A stretch of 64,000 bases of DNA, taken from assembly GCA_965644295.1 (NCBI GenBank), contig CBFFRP010000094.1, forward strand, positions 1 to 64,000, read 5' to 3'. The translations under genes were made by a program, and so were the position numbers. Of this stretch, positions 61,501-64,000 are shown piece after piece. The DNA is from Paraphysomonas bandaiensis. Lineage: Eukaryota; Protista; Chrysophyceae. How positions within the stretch are numbered: the stretch's first letter is position 1; each line of letters starts with the position of its first letter. The notes below the pieces were generated by a model. The model searched no databases. It was not told the origin of the DNA and was given only the letters and a program-made list of their open reading frames with translations.

Positions 61501-61606
61501 TTACTATAGGTTGAGTCATTTATTACTTTACTAGTAGGTTATTCCACCAATTTTGGTCTGACTAAGTTTGTCAACCAATTTGCCTAGAGGTTGAAAAATA
61601 TTTCCC
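58545..61606 (+). mobile_element. Mutator-like element (MULE), ~3.06 kb, inserted in an R1 repeat copy, with 9-bp TSD
   Basis: TSD GTCCTTAAG (58536-58544) / GTCCTAAAG (61607-61615). Joining the flanks restores the R1 sequence GCTCTCTGTCCTTAAGGTGAACAGCCCGGAT. Imperfect subterminal and inner GC-rich inverted repeats. Confidence 0.85.
58959..60721 (+). CDS. MULE transposase, probably internally deleted, 3 exons
   Basis: N-terminal FQWEGFRY...YYRCSKHR...CPAKL...HKC (FLYWCH/WRKY-GCM1-like). DDE core LFIDCTFKCVP, YIPVFYILL, VDFEKGLMNA and NRTNNPLERFNRKLN. Confidence 0.88.
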
Positions 61607-61927
61607 GTCCTAAAGGTGTACAGCCCGGATACCCTTGAGGTGGGCCCATTCCCGGATGCCTGTTTATTCGTCAAGACCCAAAGACGTATCAGTTGAGATA
61701 TCTTGCGGTTTATGTATTATTCTGTCTACTCACTGCCGCCCTCTGAAGAACCACCAATGCAAAGAATATGCATATATACTGCTCTTATTTATTATTTATA
61801 TAAACACTCCGATTAACTACTTATGGCAAAAAATATAATGAAGGAAAGAAATACAGATACATTCTATCTTGCTTCTAAACCATACGAAATACGAATAACA
61901 ATATTAGAGGTTTCTTCTTCAACCCAT

Positions 61928-63055
61928 TCATGTCGCGTAGTAGCCTGCTAAACCCATCACCCAATTCTTGACTAAGCTGTTTTGGCCGAAATCTCTGTCT
62001 GCATCTCCAATAGATCCTAGCGCTGATCTGTCCGACTCTATTGATGCTAGTGTAGAGTTGCTGCGGACTGACCACTCTGAGAGGTCATCACCGTCACCCA
62101 CAGTTCGCTTGAGTGGTTTGTAGTCCCTGTAACGAATCGAACCTCTACCAGACCTCCCTCGCTTACCACAGGTCAGTACCCAGTAGAGAATAGATTCAAT
62201 ATGATCTTTAGTCAGACCACAAAACCACCAGTCATCATCCTATTTACGTTCATAATGTATGGTCAGAAACACGGTTTCAAGTGTACAAAAGTCGTGAGCT
62301 ATGCTACACAGCAGAAGTCAGCATACTTGCATACTCACCTCATCATCTGAATCCTCTCCCCACTTCACATACTTTTGTCGCACCTTATTCACCGCAATAC
62401 GGGCTTTCGTCTGTACGATTCATTTTTAGAAAAAACACAGGATCAACAGCACGCTACCATAGGTTCTTTGGTAATCTGAATGAGATGGTCGTCGGGAACG
62501 GGCATATTGTAGATATCCACAGTGTATCGGCATATAGGCTCAGTCTCATCTTTACCGTACAATTCTTTAAATATGTAATACACCGTTGGTGGAACACCCC
62601 TGAATTTCAACTTACAGAAGTGTCGAGAGTGTTAGATATAAGGACCTGTAATCTATCTTGGCTTGCAGACCGGGCAATATACGCCCATTTTCGTCCCTGA
62701 GATCAGCCGTTGATAATTTACCTGGTAACTCAGCATCTTCCTTGTTCTCTACATAGTCTGACCATGCTGTCAGCCATCGCGTATCCATCAAAAACCAGCA
62801 TTCACGCCTCGCGTTAATTTTCGTTCTGCATGCAACGATAGTTAGTGGAGAGCACCGCGCACAAACACAGTATCACTTGTCAAACTTCTTGACGAGTCTA
62901 ATTTCTAAACCACGCCGAATCTCAACCCTCTCAAACCTGTCCTCCTCCTCAAACTCCTCATTACGGCTCTCTATGTCTCTTATGATACCAGCTGTGTGGG
63001 GCTTCAGCTCTCCACTCTCATAGGGCTCGAGAGCTGCGAGTTCTAGACTATTCAT
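61928..63055 (-). CDS. DUSP (domain in ubiquitin-specific proteases) protein without a USP catalytic domain, ~5 exons
   Basis: Spliced translation: KKFDKTKINARRECWFLMDTRWLTAWSDYV...LPGKLSTADL...PGLQAKIDYRGVPPTVYYIFKELYG. The last exon ends ...GLAGYYAT*. Confidence 0.75.
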
Positions 63056-63396
63056 TCCAATATATCACAGTGTAAGGCTATTGACAGATACAGCTCAAGA
63101 TCTCTGATAGATGGTGGAGTGATTCAACTACAGGATGCTCCACGGACCATCTGCTGTCCCACCATATACACGCACAGTACTGTATATAGTGGTGCATGAG
63201 CAAAATAACTCCTATAAAAACTGGAAAAAAAGGAACTGCTAATCAGAAATTGGCAATTTTAAAGTTTTTACGAGTGCATCCTTCATAAAAACTCAGCCAT
63301 CGTAACTAAAAAGTCCAACTTCTTGCACTTTTCCAAGCAGCAGAGCATCAGGATGATCTCCTCGCTCTATTCTCCTTGTTGCGTTCTTGTGGTACA

Positions 63397-63857
63397 ATGA
63401 ACAACGATGCTGCTCCATTGAAGACCACGGCAAGGATGGACGATGCTGACTCTGTTAGGGGACAACCGATTCCTCTGAATGTGAGAGGAGATACATGAGC
63501 AGTGTTCATTGATCGGTGTGCGTATTCTAATAGAAAGAAGCTCATACAAGAGTGAAACGTTAGTGGCTGTCACTGCATGATGTATATGCATATATAAAGA
63601 CGATCCTTCTGGTACAACGCTACGGATACAACACACTTATTTATGCTTCTACATCGCATGGTATAACAGGGACGGGAGCACAGCAGTGTGTTATCATTCT
63701 AATATATGCACTTAGTGCGGAAACACACGAAGTCTTTCACGGTTTCCACAGACAACGTTTTCTAGCAAACCTCATCCCTGTTGTACGTTAGATTTCTTCT
63801 GTACACTTTTCGTATGTACAGAACCGTAGCTATGAAAGAGATACAATTCAAATATAG
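63397..63857 (+). CDS. Possible small multi-exon hypothetical gene
   Basis: MNNDAAPLK...PLN plus four short exons stay in one open frame across four ~40-55 nt GT-AG introns. No domain recognised. Confidence 0.3.
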
Positions 63858-64000
63858 TCCCTTAAATAAGTTACTCAGATTCTTTTCGTTAAAATATTTA
63901 TTTCTCTTCCCTCACATTCTAACACACAATGAAAACTGGAAGAAACACTAATCTTGTTGTTCTTCTCACACAATACCTTCAGCAATTTATACAACGTTTT

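Noticed and set aside
3343-63857. Alternative genetic code or stop-codon readthrough to explain fragmented ORFs
   Set aside because: The breaks I checked in conserved genes are explained by canonical short GT-AG introns under the standard code.

Overview
Left end of a chromosome from an intron-rich eukaryote, most likely a stramenopile/ochrophyte (inferred from gene family motifs and the TTAGGG telomere). An untrimmed Nanopore adapter remnant (1-24) precedes a ~3.2 kb (CCCTAA)n telomere. The stop codon of an EGF/tenascin/mastigoneme-like gene lies only ~95 bp from the telomere. About 19 host genes follow (four of them tentative), mostly with short ~45-60 nt GT-AG introns. They include a RUN-RhoGAP-ELMO-like-TLDc multidomain protein, a monoglyceride lipase, an inositol transporter, three glycosyltransferase(-like) genes, HGSNAT, an EF-hand/Tudor-like protein, a tandem GST-N protein, a MAPK with a TEH activation loop, a YHYH membrane protein, an F-box/WD40 protein, STK19 and a DUSP-only protein. 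Almost all genes sit in head-to-head pairs sharing 340-620 bp TACAG/CTGTA-rich spacers. The long AT-rich tail-to-tail spacers hold the mobile DNA: one dispersed repeat family (in 8 of 9 spacers), a decayed LINE (RT+RNase H), two related MITE-like elements, a 4x226 bp tandem array, a decayed tandem duplication, and an internally deleted MULE with a 9-bp TSD. All calls come from reading the sequence by eye; no searches were run.
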